64,000 nt of DNA, from positions 25,633-89,632 of IMG/VR virus record IMGVR_UViG_3300042258_000235; one strand, 5' to 3'. Positions 44,654 through 58,000 of this stretch are shown here, one piece after another (the stretch's first letter is position 1; each line of letters starts with the position of its first letter). Origin of the DNA: a virus. Made by a program: the position numbers and the translations under genes. The notes beneath the pieces are model-generated. The model did not search any database. It was not told the DNA's origin and saw only the letters and a program-made list of their open reading frames with translations.

Positions 44654-44729
44654 TAATATTTGTAGAAGGACATCAGTTTGGTCGTCTGTTGATAATTATT
44701 TCCTAATTATCTAACTTCTACAAATATTA
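44654..44729 (+). ncRNA. three-way-junction RNA motif, copy C (orphan)
   Basis: 15-bp P1 ending GTAGAAG-GAC-ATCAG/CTGTT-GATAATTA/TAATTATC-TAA-CTTCTAC; loop TTTCC. Confidence 0.65.
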
Positions 44730-44940
44730 AATTAATTTCTTCAAGACTTTAAGTAGTTTTTCTTTTTTCAACATTTAAAGCTTCAATTCAACTGTTTCAT
44801 CTTCTCCCATACATATCTTTTTATTTGTTAATTAATATAATATAGATAATAAAAATGATATTATTTTAAAAAAGTTTTACACTATTAATATAATAAATAT
44901 ATAAATAATAATAAAACAATTATATGAAAGGAAGTTATAT

Positions 44941-45453
44941 ATGGCAGTTAATGGATTTGATATAGATAGTTTTATTTCTAATTTTGGAGATCATGCAAAA
45001 TCTTATACATTTATGATTTTGTTAAATAACCCTTATGGATCTATTGGCACAGATAGATCTAAATATTTAGTTAATTCATCCAGTATACCAAGTTCTACAA
45101 TTGATCCTATTGAGGATAATTGACAGGGTAACGTTGTAAAATCTGGATCAACAACAACATTTGATGATTGAACAGTTACATTTAAAATAGATAAAGATTA
45201 CCAATTAAGAAAAGATTTTATAGCATGAAAAAATGCAGTTCATAACCCTGAAACTAATGAACATGGTAATTTTAGTGAATATGCACAAGATCAAGAATTA
45301 TGATTATTAGATTCTCAAGGAAATATTGTACATAAAATAAAATTAATTATGGCTTGACCTACTTCTGTTGGAGAAGTATCATTAGATTATTCTAGTAAAG
45401 AAAAATCTACAATGGATATAACATTTTCTTATGTAAGATCAGTAGAGGAATAA
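44941..45453 (+). CDS. gp19: tail tube protein (gp19-like)
   Basis: FDD-W-TVTF, FIA-W, A-W-PTSVGEVSLDY; 5 TGA; located after the sheath. Confidence 0.85.
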
Positions 45454-45896
45454 TGATTTATTATAAACCAAAATATTTTAAAATGTTTGAATATATTCCT
45501 AAAGATTTATATTTAAAATATAAACATAAGGGTGACGATTGATTTCTTAAGTTTATAAATCCTCATTTATTATGAACTGATGATAAACTTAGGGAAAGAT
45601 TTGGTAAAATGTATATTAATACATGAAAATGAAATGGAGATAGAAATTGATCTGGATTAAGAACTTCAGATTCATCTTTTTATTCAATAACAAGTCAACA
45701 TTCATTTGGAAATGCTAGTGATAAAATTTTTGAATCAGTTACAGCTCAAGAAGTAATAGAAGATATTAAAGTTAATCAAAAACTTGAGTGTTATAAATAT
45801 ATAACAAGACTTGAAGATAAATTAAATATGAACTGAGTTCATACAGATTGTGCAAATATAAATAATTCTAATGGAATATTAATTTTTAAAGGGTAA
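45453..45896 (+). CDS. M15-family Zn peptidase (candidate endolysin / peptidoglycan hydrolase)
   Basis: SGLR..SQHSFGNASD..W-VHTD; all 6 Trp are TGA. Confidence 0.8.
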
Positions 45897-45914
45897 AAAA
45901 TAAAGGAGATATAA

Positions 45915-46670
45915 ATGAGTGAACAAAAAGAATATAGTTTTTTAAATTATTTAGATGTGTACACAAAGGAGATTATAACACCTGGGTCTAATGAGAAAGT
46001 TGTAATAAGACCTTTAACTACAAATCAATTAAAAAAATTACTTGTTAATGAAGATGAAGATGATCCTATAAAAGGAGATGAAATATTAGATGATATTTTA
46101 AAATATTGTATAGTTAATGATGTAAATATAGATGATTTATTATTACAAGACAGATATTTTATTTTTATAGAAATAAGAAAGTTAACAAAAGGTAGTAAAT
46201 ATTCTTATGAATATAATTGTTCAAAATGTAAGTGTGAATCTATACAAAATATTGATTTAGAAAATTTAGAATTAATTAATTTAGATAACACAAAAATATC
46301 TGAACCAGTAGAAATTGCAAATGGTAAAGTAAAAATTTATTTAAAACATATTACTAGATTAGAACAGAAAAAAGCATATTCTAATTTAAAGTTAAAGAAT
46401 AAAACAGAAGTTGAACGTGCAGTAGAAATGATAATTGCTAATATTGCTGCTTCTATATATAAAATTGAAACTCCTGAAGGTTCGGAAGAAAATATTAATT
46501 TTAATATTTTATTTAATATGGTTGGAAATTTACCAAGTAAAGAATATGATAAATTAAAAAAATGATATGAAGATAATGATTTTGGAATTAATTTAAATAT
46601 TACTCAAAAATGTATTCATTGTAAAAATGAAGAAATTAAATCAATTCCACTTGATAATTTTTTTCAATAA
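45915..46670 (+). CDS. gp26: baseplate hub assembly protein (gp26-like)
   Basis: IRPLT, FIEIRKLTKG, two CxxC, ends DNFFQ; one TGA. Confidence 0.8.
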
Positions 46671-46852
46671 TTAAACTGTTATGTATAAATAATAATATAT
46701 ATTCTATTATAGAAGAACAATATTATTTAAGTAGACATGTTAATATATCAATAGAAGAATCAGGTAATATGTTTGATCATGAAAGAATAGCTCTTTTAGC
46801 TTTATTAGTTAAAGATAAAAAAGAAGAAAAAGAAAATTTAAATAATAAATAA
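46658..46852 (+). CDS. gp51-like extension, probably reached by a -1 frameshift from gp26
   Basis: Open frame lacking an upstream start/RBS (EEQYYLSRHVNISIEES..M..HER); T-TTT-TTT slippery site at 46658-46664. Confidence 0.6.
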   Translation, partial: FFSIIKLLCINNNIYSIIEEQYYLSRHVNISIEESGNMFDHERIALLALLVKDKKEEKENLNNK

Positions 46853-46881
46853 ATCACGCTTGATTTTTTAATCAATGGATC

Positions 46882-46914
46882 AAATGGTCTTAAGGATTTA
46901 ACTTAAGACCATTT
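46882..46914 (+). terminator. hairpin / terminator
   Basis: 13-bp inverted repeat AAATGGTCTTAAG/CTTAAGACCATTT followed by a T-tract. Confidence 0.6.
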
Positions 46915-46932
46915 TTTATTTAGAGGTTAAAT

Positions 46933-48558
46933 ATGGAAGAAGAAACAATTTTTTCAAGATTAAAAAAAGAATATGAATCTGGAAAAGAATATCTTAAAAC
47001 TACAAAAATATCAATTGAAAATTATATTATTAATCCTTTATCAACTTCTATTAAATCATTTTCTATGAAAATGATTAAAATACCAGCTATGATATCTAAT
47101 AAATTTTCAACTGTTTTTTCAAATATAAATTCACAACTTAATAATATTTTAGGATCAGAACTTACTGAATTATTTGGGATGGCTTCAAATTTATTTAAAA
47201 GTACATTTTCAGTATTATCATCCGTAACAAAATCTGTTTTTAGTTTCGGAAAAAGTTTGTTTTCAAAAGATTCAGAAAAAGAACAAACAGGTATATTAAA
47301 AAATATTTTTTCTATTTTCAAAAAAAGAGAAAAACAAGAAAAAATGCAATATAAAGATAAAGGTAAAGGATCAATTTTAGAAACCTTATTATATGGTGCT
47401 GGAATAACATTAGGTGTTATTATAGGTGGATTTGTATCAACCATTGGAGGTATAATAAAATCAGCATTAATTCCTTTTCAGTTAATAGGTAAAGGTATTT
47501 CTATATTAACACAAAAAGTAACATTTATTAATAAATGAATATCATCAAGTAAAATTTTTCAAAAAATAATAAATATAGTTTCTAAAGTTAAATCATTAAT
47601 TTTATCTCCTTTTGATAAACTATTTTCTATATTTGGTAAATTTTCTAATGTTATGTCTAAAATACCTATCATATCAAAGTTCTTTGCGGGTTTTTCAAAA
47701 GGATTAAGTATAATGTTAAAAGGAATACCAATAATAGGTTGAGGTATTACAATAATAAATGGTATTATAGATTTCTTTAAAGGATTTGTTTCAACACAAG
47801 GTTCATTTTTAGATAAATTAAAAGGTGGTTTATTTTCAACAATAAAAGGTATATTTGATCCTTTTATTAGTTTTTTTGATTGATTAGGAAATAAAGTATT
47901 AGGTTTTTTTGGTATTAATATGGAAGGGACAATATCTCAATTTTTTATAGCAAAAATAACATGATTAAAAGATGCTTTTTTAAGTTCATTGGAATTTATT
48001 AAAAATTCATTTAGTTCTATATTAAATTATATATTAATGCCTTTTAAATGAATAAATAACACAATTCAAAATTTTATAGGTTTATTAAAAACTGGAATAG
48101 ATAATATTTCTAATATAAATTTTATGGAATCTATAGTTAATGTTTTATTAAAATTAAAAGAAGCAATTAAAGAATGAGTATTAGAAAATATCCCAGGTGC
48201 TAAGCAATTAGCAAAAGGCATTGGATCAGTAAAAAGCTGAATTTCTGGATTTTTTAGTGATAAAGAATCTGATGAATTTGATAAAATGAAATCTTCATCA
48301 TCAGGTATAAATACAATAAAAGGTGTTGAAAGAGATATTTCAACTGAAAAAAATAAAAAAGAACAAAAACAACAAGAAAAAATGGATAAATTAATTAGTC
48401 AAACTGAAAAAAATATTAATAATCAAAATAATAATGCAACTATAATACAACAAATATCTTCTTCTAATCAAAAATCTCAGCTTAATGAGTCACCAGATGA
48501 AGTTGAAAATTTTGGAATAATTTTTATGAATAATTCTACTCTAGGAGGAGCTCTATAA
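46933..48558 (+). CDS. tape measure / baseplate hub protein (gp29-like)
   Basis: 541 aa of amphipathic helical sequence with periodic Trp (TGA), KGIPIIG-W motif; follows the chaperone-like pair. Confidence 0.7.
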
Positions 48559-49301
48559 TGAATTTTAATTTAGTTCCACCAATAATAAATAATTTAAAAA
48601 CTATCAAATTTATAGGTAGAAAATTAGAAAGACAATCTGCTTATGCTAGAGGCAATAGAGCAATTGAGACTTCTGAAAATGACAGAAGAACATGAACTTT
48701 TGTATTACCTAATGAATTTTCAGAAACTATTAATCATAGTTGAGAACCTTATGATAGTATTGTATCAAGATTGGCTGATAAAGTAGGCCAATTAACAAAG
48801 AATGTTGGTGAAATTAAAGGATTAGGCTCTGCTGGATCAGGTGCATTAAAAGCAGTAGGTTCTGGAGATTATAAAAAAATAGTATCAAGTGCTCTTGGTG
48901 GTATAAAAAGTTCAGAGATACCATCATATAGGATTGACTCATCTTTAATGTATAAAGATACTAATAGAAGAGAATATTCTTTTACATTTAAAATTACTGA
49001 TTTAGATGGAGATCCATATAATAATGTTTTTTTACCAGTTAGAGAATTAGAAAAAAGTTCATGTTCAGAAATATCTGGAGAATTAATAGATATAAATTTT
49101 CCATATATTTTTAAAGTATTTACACCAGATTCAGATTTACTAAAGATAAACAATGCTGCAATAACTTCAGTTTCTCCTGTATGAAGTGGACCTTATGTTA
49201 ATAACTATCATATTCAATGTGAATTAACTGTGACTATAATTGATTTAGAACCTTTATATAGAAGTAATTTTGAACAAGGTGGAATAATAAGAACAAGTTA
49301 A
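48558..49301 (+). CDS. baseplate tail-tube cap/initiator (gp48-like)
   Basis: LPNEFSETINHS-W-E, RREYSFTF, P..F..AITSV; synteny. Confidence 0.6.
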
Positions 49302-49313
49302 AGGATTAATTTT

Positions 49314-49691
49314 ATGATAATTAAATCAGATTTATCATATTCAGATATAACAGATAACAGATTAGGAAATACTTCATATCTTAAACTATTTAATTTACTA
49401 CAAGATACAGTAACTTCAGATTATTTATTTAATATATGAAAAGGATATGAAGTTAATGATGAAATATATATAAATACATATTATGAATTATATGAAGTTG
49501 AAAATGAAGATTGATGAGATTCTATTTCATATAAATATTATCAGACTCCTGATTTATGATGATTATTAACTATAATTAATAATGTTGATAATCCATTTGA
49601 ATTTTTAGAAGAAGGTAAACAAATTTATATTCTTAAAAATGAGTTTTTATATAGTTTTTTAAAAGAAGTTAAAAATATTGGAGTATTATAA
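49314..49691 (+). CDS. gp53: baseplate wedge protein (gp53-like, LysM-like)
   Basis: YEVENED-WW-DSISYKYYQTPDL-WW-LLTIINNVDNPF; all 5 Trp are TGA. Confidence 0.8.
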
Positions 49692-49693
49692 AA

Positions 49694-50920
49694 TTGGATA
49701 ATCAAGAAGGAGCAAAAAAATTTTCTGTTGTTTTGGGTTTAGATGCTGGTAGAATGTTATTAGAATCTAATAATATAAAACAATTATATTTTATAGAAGA
49801 TATATTTTCTTATTCTATTGTTGGCAAATTGATATTCAATGATGATAGAGGAATACTTGAATTTGGGCCTTTAACCGGGAACGAAACATTAACAATCATA
49901 TATGGTGAAGATGAAGTAATAGAAAAATCTTTTTATATATATAAAATATCAAATATCAATCAAATTTCACAAACTAATCCAGAAACTGATAATGTTGTAG
50001 AATTATTTTTTGTTGATTATATGTTTTATTCATTAAATTTTTTACAATATTCTAAAGCATGGAAAGATGAAAAAATATCAAAAATAGTAAAGACAATAGG
50101 ATCTGAGTGATTAAATATAGAAAAATGAGATAAATGAGAGGATTCTAATGAATCTTTAGAATATTATTATTCTCCTTATTGAACACCAAAAACAAATATT
50201 TCTTGATTATTAAAAAGAGCATCAGGAAGTAAATATAATTCTTCTGGGTATTTATTTTATAATACAATAGATTCAAGTAATTTTATTACTTTTGAGTCTC
50301 TATTAAATAATAGAAATATTTTAAAAATTTCTGCTGATGATGATGGATTATATTATTTTCAAGATGAAAATTTATTTGCTTATAATAAAATTTTATCTTG
50401 AAATATGACAGGTTTAGATTCTATTGGACTAAAATCTGTATCAGGAGGAACAAGACTGGGTTTTAATAATAAAGAAAAAAAATTCATAAAAAAAGAATAT
50501 ACATATAAAGAATCTATAGAAAAAAATACAATATTAGGATATAAAACATTATTTCCTGATTATTCAGAAAGTAATGTAGAAATAAAAAATTTAAATGAAA
50601 CTGATGAAACTTTAATAGATAACATTTTTAATAATAATTGGGTAAGAAAATATAATTTACAACAGTGTTTAAGTATTGTTGTAAAGGGACATGAAAATAG
50701 AAAACCAGGTGAATTAATAGAAATAAAATGAAAATCAAAAAACCCAAATGAAATATATAATAAAAATTTATCAGGTTATTATTTAATTAAATCAATAACA
50801 CATACACTATCAGGGTATAATCAACCTATTTATTCACAAAAAATGGTATTAATTAAAAATGGGTATGAAGATTCTTATGCAAAGAATCTATTAAAATCCT
50901 CTAAAAAAAGGACAGTATAA
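49694..50920 (+). CDS. baseplate hub protein (gp27-like)
   Basis: IEDIFS..GKLIFND..GNE; C-terminal VKG..PG..LSGYYLIKSITH; lies between gp53 and gp5. Confidence 0.65.
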
Positions 50921-51954
50921 TGATAAGGAATGATCCAAAAGAATTTCAAAATCAATCTCAGGAATTATATGGCATATATAGAGGAGTTGTAGAATCTAAT
51001 AATGATCCTGAAAAAAGAGGCCGATGTAAAATAAGAGTTTTTGGTTTACATTCTGAAAATTTAAAAGAAGTGCCTACTGATAATTTACCATGATTTGAAC
51101 CAGCTCTATCTTTATTTGGTGGCTCTGTATCAGGTTTTGGTGATTGAGTAATTCCAGTTCAGGGTGCTCATGTATATTTATTTTTTGAAGGTGGTAATAT
51201 TTTACAAGGAAGATTTTTTTGTACTGTTCCGGGTTTTCCTACAGATCAAAATCATGGATTTAAATCAGATGAAGGTTTTTCAGACCCTGATAAAAATTTT
51301 CCAAAAAAAACAAGATTAAATGAACCAGACTGACATAGATTATCAAGAGACGAGTATGAAAAAACTATAGTTGAACATAAACAAAATAATTTAACTAAAA
51401 ATATACAAATTGCTCAAGGAAATGGAACTTGAGATGAGCCAGATTCATATTATTTAAAAAATAATAATAAATATCCTAATAATAATGTTATTGCAGCACC
51501 ATCAGGAATAGTAATTGAGTTAGATTCATCAGAAAATCCTAGACTACATATTTATCATCCTTCTAATTCTTATGTTGAGACGGATGATGAAGGCAATACA
51601 GTAATAAAAAATTCAGGTAATAAATTTGAAATTATTCTACAGAACTATAATAAATATATTGATGGTGATAAAAATGAAACTATAAAAGGTGATAAAAATC
51701 TTAAAATTGATGGAGATTATAATACTGAAATAAATGGAAATAAATCAGAAAATATAGTAGGAGATAGTAATAAAGAAATTGAAGGAAATACAGAGCAAAA
51801 TTGCACCGGTAACACTGATATTAACTCCGAAATAATAACCTTAAATAAGAGAAATGGGATTACTGGGGGATTAGTTACAACAGCTCATGTATGTGGTATT
51901 ACGGGTTTACCTCATCCTGATGGTTCAATCTCATGTTTAGCAAGTAAACTATAA
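50920..51954 (+). CDS. gp5: baseplate central spike (gp5-like, no lysozyme domain)
   Basis: YRGVVESNNDPEKRGRCKIRVFGLH..LP-W; YHPS; beta-helix (I/V)xGD/N repeats. Confidence 0.88.
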
Positions 51955-51964
51955 GGAATTATTA

Positions 51965-52684
51965 ATGATTATTGATCCTACACAAATTATATGCGATAGT
52001 TTTAAAAAAATATTAGATTCAGCTTTTTCTAAATTCAAATATTATGCTGATAAAATAGAAAGAGAATATGATAGAATATCAGATCAAATAGATTTATTAA
52101 ATGATCAGATATCTGAACCTATTGAAGAAATTCAAAATTCAATACATGAAAAAAATAATGAGATCAATGCTAAATTAGATGAAATGAATAATTTAGCAGC
52201 ATCAGTACCTTTATTATGTTTAGATGGTATATTTAATAATATTAAAGAATTTTCAAATAACATATCAACAGGTGTAAATAATTTATTATCTGATATAACC
52301 CCTGAAGTTGATGTTTTAGGATTAATGACTCAATTTACAGGTAATCTTCAAAAATATGATATAACATCTTTAATAGAATCACTAGATGTTTCATTAGGTT
52401 GTTTAAATGACCAAAATTGTTTACCCATAGAAGAAATAGATTATTATAATAATTATATAAATAATTTCATTTCAAAGGTTGGTTTATCCGAATCAGGTGA
52501 ATTTGATTGAGAAACATATATAAATAATTTTAATATTAGTGATAATATTAAAAATAATTTAAATTCATTAAAAGATACTGTTAATAATAGCTTAAACAAT
52601 TTATCTTCTAGTGTAGATACAAGTTTAAAAACAATATCTTCAATTAAAAAACCAAATATATCAATTAATAATGATTTAATTTAA
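51965..52684 (+). CDS. hypothetical virion-associated coiled-coil protein
   Basis: 239 aa with one TGA; within the baseplate operon. Confidence 0.65.
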
Positions 52685-52692
52685 GGAATATT

Positions 52693-52881
52693 ATGTTAGA
52701 TGCAAATATATTAAAACAAACAATATTAACTGAGTTTAGTAATGTTGGCTGAGATTTACAAAAGGCAGTATTTGCTGAAGCTTTAGCAGAGGCAATAGCG
52801 AAAGCAGTTGTAAATCATATTAAAACTTATGGTATAACAACATCAGCTGGTGATCCACCTCATACACATAATATAACATAA
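52693..52881 (+). CDS. small protein with a C-terminal HxH motif (possible spike-associated)
   Basis: 62 aa, LAEAIAKAVVNHI..PPHTH; one TGA. Confidence 0.55.
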
Positions 52882-52892
52882 GGATTTAAACT

Positions 52893-53267
52893 ATGATATA
52901 TTATTCAGATATTAATGGAGATTTAATTTTAGATAATACAGGTGATATTAAAAAAGAAACAAATGAATCTTCAGTAACAAATAGTATACAAAATATATTA
53001 TTTACAAGAAAAGGTAGTAGAAGAATGTTACCTGAATTTGGTTCAAATTTAAATTTATATGTATTTGAGCCTCTTGATGAAATTACAGCTAGAGATATTG
53101 GTGAAGAAATTTTAGAATCTGTTTTGAAATGAGATGATAGGGTAATATTTACTGATATATTAATTAAACCTGAATATGATAAAAATCAATTTACATGTTC
53201 ATTAAAATATAAAATTAAAAACTCACAAATTGAAGAAAAATTTGATTTTATATTAAGAAGGATATAA
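52893..53267 (+). CDS. gp25: baseplate wedge subunit gp25
   Basis: SIQNILFTRKGSRRMLPEFGS..FEP..K-W-DDRV. Confidence 0.9.
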
Positions 53268-53268
53268 A

Positions 53269-55029
53269 ATGAATACTTTTTTACTAGATTATATTAATAT
53301 TGATTATAATACTCTTGTTGAGAAATTAAAAACAGAAATTTTAAATTCATCAACCTTTAAAGATTTAGATTATGAGGGTTCAAATATATCCTTATTAACA
53401 GAACTTTTTTCATATATAAGTGCATTAAATGTTTATTATAATAATAAACTTGCTCAAGAATCTTTTATAGATACTTCTCAAATTTATGAAAATGTATATA
53501 GGCATTCAAAAAATAAAGGGTATAATCCAAGAGGGTTTGTTGGTTCTACAGGAACTCTAACATTACAAGTTAGCGGATTAGATGTTGGTAAAAATTATAT
53601 GATTGAAGAATGGAATCAATTTACAACTGATGAAAATACAGTAGATGATAACGGCGATGTAATAAATTTTGCTTCTATAAACACATTAACATTTACAGCA
53701 ACCGCTTCTAATATGGATTTAGACATTATTGTTAAACAAGGGAAAATTGTAAAATATACAGATGATACTTCTGACATATATAGAAAAGAAAATTCTTTTT
53801 CTGGTTCCGATATAGTTAATTATAAATTATATTTGCCATTTAATGATTTTGGGTATGATGATAATCTAAATGATAATTATGAAAGTATTAGAGTTTTCAT
53901 AAATGATATTGAATGAAGCAGAATAAAAGATTTTTATGATAAATTATCTGGATTAACTAATGAATTAAATGTATATATGTTTAATTATGATAAAAATAAT
54001 CAATATATATTGGAATTTTCACCCTCAAGAAATATACCAAACTCCACAGATAAAATAGAATTATGACTTTTAGAGAGTTTGGGTAGTGGTGGTAATGTTA
54101 AAGCAAATTCAGTTAAATTATATGGAGAAAGTCCTATAATATGAAATATTACAGATTCAGTATGAGAATCAAATGATAAAATTTATAATATATATAATGT
54201 ATCTTCAATAGTTGGTGGAGAAAATCCCCAAGCAATAGAAGATATTAAAGAATCATCAAAAACAACATCATATAGACAACATAGAAATGTATCAAAGTTA
54301 GATTATATTTATTATTTAGAAGATCATCCTAATGTATATGCTGCGAATGTATGAGGAGAAAAAGAACAAAATCCAGATGGTGGTAATTTTTATGACTATA
54401 ATAAAGTATATATTTCATTAATTCCAACAAAAAAATTTGAAAATTGAACAAATAAATTAAATTATGTTACTTATGAAACAGATAAGGATGAAATCATATA
54501 TATTCCAGTAGAAAATTATACTTATGATTATAAAACACTTATAAGTACATACCTAGAGCCATATAAAATAATAGGTTCATATGAACAATATGTAATACCA
54601 AATATTACATATTTTTCTTTTAATTTTACAATATATATAAAAAATAATTATAAATTTAATGAAGTATTAGCAGATTTTAAAAGAAAATTACAATATTATT
54701 TTGAAAATAATTTAAATCAATTTGGAAAAAAAATAAATTATACTGATATGATATATGAATTAGAAAATCCATCATATACATCTCAAACTGATAGTTTTAT
54801 AAAAACACAGGGAATAAAGAAAGTTGTAATTAGATCTATTAAATATTTTGATAATAATACATTTTCATGATTAGATATTAATGATTTTGAATCTGGCTTA
54901 TATCCTCAATGAGATGAAATAGAAAATACTTCTGACTGAGACTATAATGTTTTAAGAAATATTATAATTAATAATAATCAATTTCCAACTATATCTTTAA
55001 AACATTGTAATTTTGAACAAGGAATTTAA
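53269..55029 (+). CDS. gp6: baseplate wedge subunit gp6
   Basis: FKDLDYEGSNISLL, ESFIDTS, GYNPRG, RNVSKLDY; 586 aa with TGA=Trp. Confidence 0.9.
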
Positions 55030-55032
55030 TTC

Positions 55033-58000
55033 ATGAAATTTACAGAAATTCCAATTTATATATTAGAAGATTTTTTTAATATATTCAAAGAAGAACAAAA
55101 CCAAGTAATAATGGGTCCTGTTATTGTAGCTGAAGAATTTACAGATTTTTCATTTGTTATAAAAACAGATAAAAAATATGAAACTTTTAGAGGTAAATCC
55201 TCATCTGGTTTTACCTCATCAGAAAAACAAGTAAAGATAGAAATTTTAGATGGCAATATAGATAATATTGAAAACGGATTTGAAGTATATTTTAAAAAAG
55301 ATAGTGAATTATATTTTTATTTAAAAAATTATACTGATTTATATAGCTTTATAAATACTAATAAAGATTTTTTATATTTAGGAAAAATATATTACTTTAA
55401 AGATAATGAATATGTAATAGTTGTAGATAGTTTATATTATTTTGTTATTAATTCGATCCCTGAGAATAATAGAACAGAAAATTTACAAACATTTTTAAAA
55501 ATAGCTTTTGATAAAGTATATACTGAAATTTATAATAAACAAAAAAATTTATTAAGTTTACATGATGTTTTAGAAGTAGATAATAGATATTTAGATTTAT
55601 TTGCATCTCAATATAATATAATATTAAATGAAGATTATAAACAAATTTATGAACAAAGAACAAGATGATTTTTAAACAATATTAATGATTATTTAAAAAG
55701 AAAAGGAACTTATTCATCAATTTATATAATTGCTAATCTAGTATTATACAATACAACAAATTTAATAAAAATATATGAAAGATGACATGATGAATTTGAT
55801 TGAGAAGCTGATCCTAACCCTATAAATCATTTTACTGATATAAATTATTTAAATTATTATAGTAAAGCTGTTTCATCTACAGAAAACGGATGAGAATTAA
55901 TAGATATTCCTGTAGGTGGTGGTGGCTCTATAATAAATGATAATTGTTCAGTACATAATCAATTAATAGAATCCACAAATTGAAAAATCTTTAATAAGTT
56001 TAAAACTAAGAATGTAATTTTACAATTTTATGATTCAGATTATAATTGGATTGAACCCGTAAATATTGAATTTTCAGATGATATTATTAATATATACTGA
56101 GGTTCTTTAGAAGCTAAAGGCTTTTGTTTTATATTATTAAATGATGATAATTTTGATCTTATAGGCACTTCAGATATATATACATATATTCATAATTTAA
56201 ATGGTTATGTATTATCGGAATTTAAAGAAGATAATTATACTATATCATTTGATAAAGAAATTTATAAAGATTCCGATTCTATTATATTAAATAAAAATGA
56301 TAATATTACTAGTTCTTCTGTAGTCAAAGCTGATTATTTTTATGATAATAAAATTCATAGTAAAAATTGAAATATTACTGATGATAATATATCTAAAGAA
56401 TCAGTAATTCAAGTTTACATTAGGATTCCAAAAAAAGAAATAACAATTTATCATAATTTAGATACAGTTAATATTATTATTAATACATATGATAAATTAA
56501 AAGAAATAAAACCTGAATTAATAGAAATTTTAGATAATAATTCAATTAAAATATATTTTTCAACATATTTTTCAGGTTGAGTTAATATATCAACATCAGA
56601 TGAAACTATTGAACAAACAGAAAATATATTATGAAATATTAATACATTAATAGATTTTCCTTTAATACAAAATTTTAATGATACTAATATTTCTTTAAAT
56701 GATTCAATTATATATAAAATCGGCGATAATTTTCAAGTTTATTGAAATCAGCCTGAGATAGGTAGTTCTCAAATAATTAATCCAGATGTTACATATGAAT
56801 ATGATAATAAAAAAATTATAAATATAACACATAATTTAAATTCATATAAATTATTAGCAGAAGTATATGGTTATTATTTAAGTAATACATGATTAATAAC
56901 ACATAATTTAAATTCAACAAATGTATATGTACAAATATATTCAAATGATAATCAACTTATACACTATGAATCAATTGAAATTATAGATGAAAATCAAATA
57001 GAAATAATTTTTGATAGAGAATATTCTGGATATTGTTTAATAAAAGATATGAATTATGAATATTCAATTACATCTGATTTATATCAAACTATACCTTTAT
57101 CAGGCTTTAACGATAAAATAGTCAATACAAATTATTATAATAATTTTGTTTTTAATCCTTTAGAAATAGAAATAGATGATAATAATTTTAATATTCTATA
57201 TTCAGAATCAAAATCAGGAGGAAAAATACTATTAGACGTTTGTGATTTCTTTTATAATATAAATACATCTTCAAATGAATGATATATACCTCATGAACTT
57301 AATACAAAAAATTTAATAGTAGAAACATATAGTAGAGCATATTGAGCAACAGGTGAAAATTGAATAATAGATTTAATTGATAACGAATTACCTTTAATTA
57401 ATTCATATTATGACTGAGGGAGTATTTCAACAAATGATGAACTAGTAACAATAAAACAAAAATCAACAAATGATATATATAATATATCATTTATAAATGA
57501 CACAGTAGGAAGATCTTTTATAAAGGAAGGAGAAAAATCTGATAATTATGGAAATACTTGAATTTTTGATTATGATGATTTTAATTTAACAACAGATCCA
57601 TTATTATCATTTTATAATTTAGAAAATGAGTTAATAGAAGCAAATTCTATAATATATGATACTGGAAGTAGAAGTGTATCTGCTACATTTTCAGAGAGCG
57701 TTAGTGGATATGCAGTTGGATGTGAATATGATTTAAAAGAGTATTTAAATGGCGGTATAGAGCACACAATAACACATAATTTATCAACTGATAGTTTAAT
57801 AATATCATGTATAAAAGATTCTTCAAATTCATCTATAAAACCCAAAGATATAGAAATTATTGATGAAAATAATATAAAATTAACATTTGATGAATCATTT
57901 TTTGGCGATATCTTAATTGCAATAGGAGAGTCATATTATACTAGATATCCATTAACGAACTGAGAAATATTAGATAATAATAATTATAGCATAATTAATG

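Noticed and set aside
28225..51954. TGA as Gly (code 25) or selenocysteine
   Set aside because: Motif contexts (WDG, TWQ, WGQKT, LPW, WP) require Trp; tandem TGA-TGA and the number of sites do not fit Sec insertion
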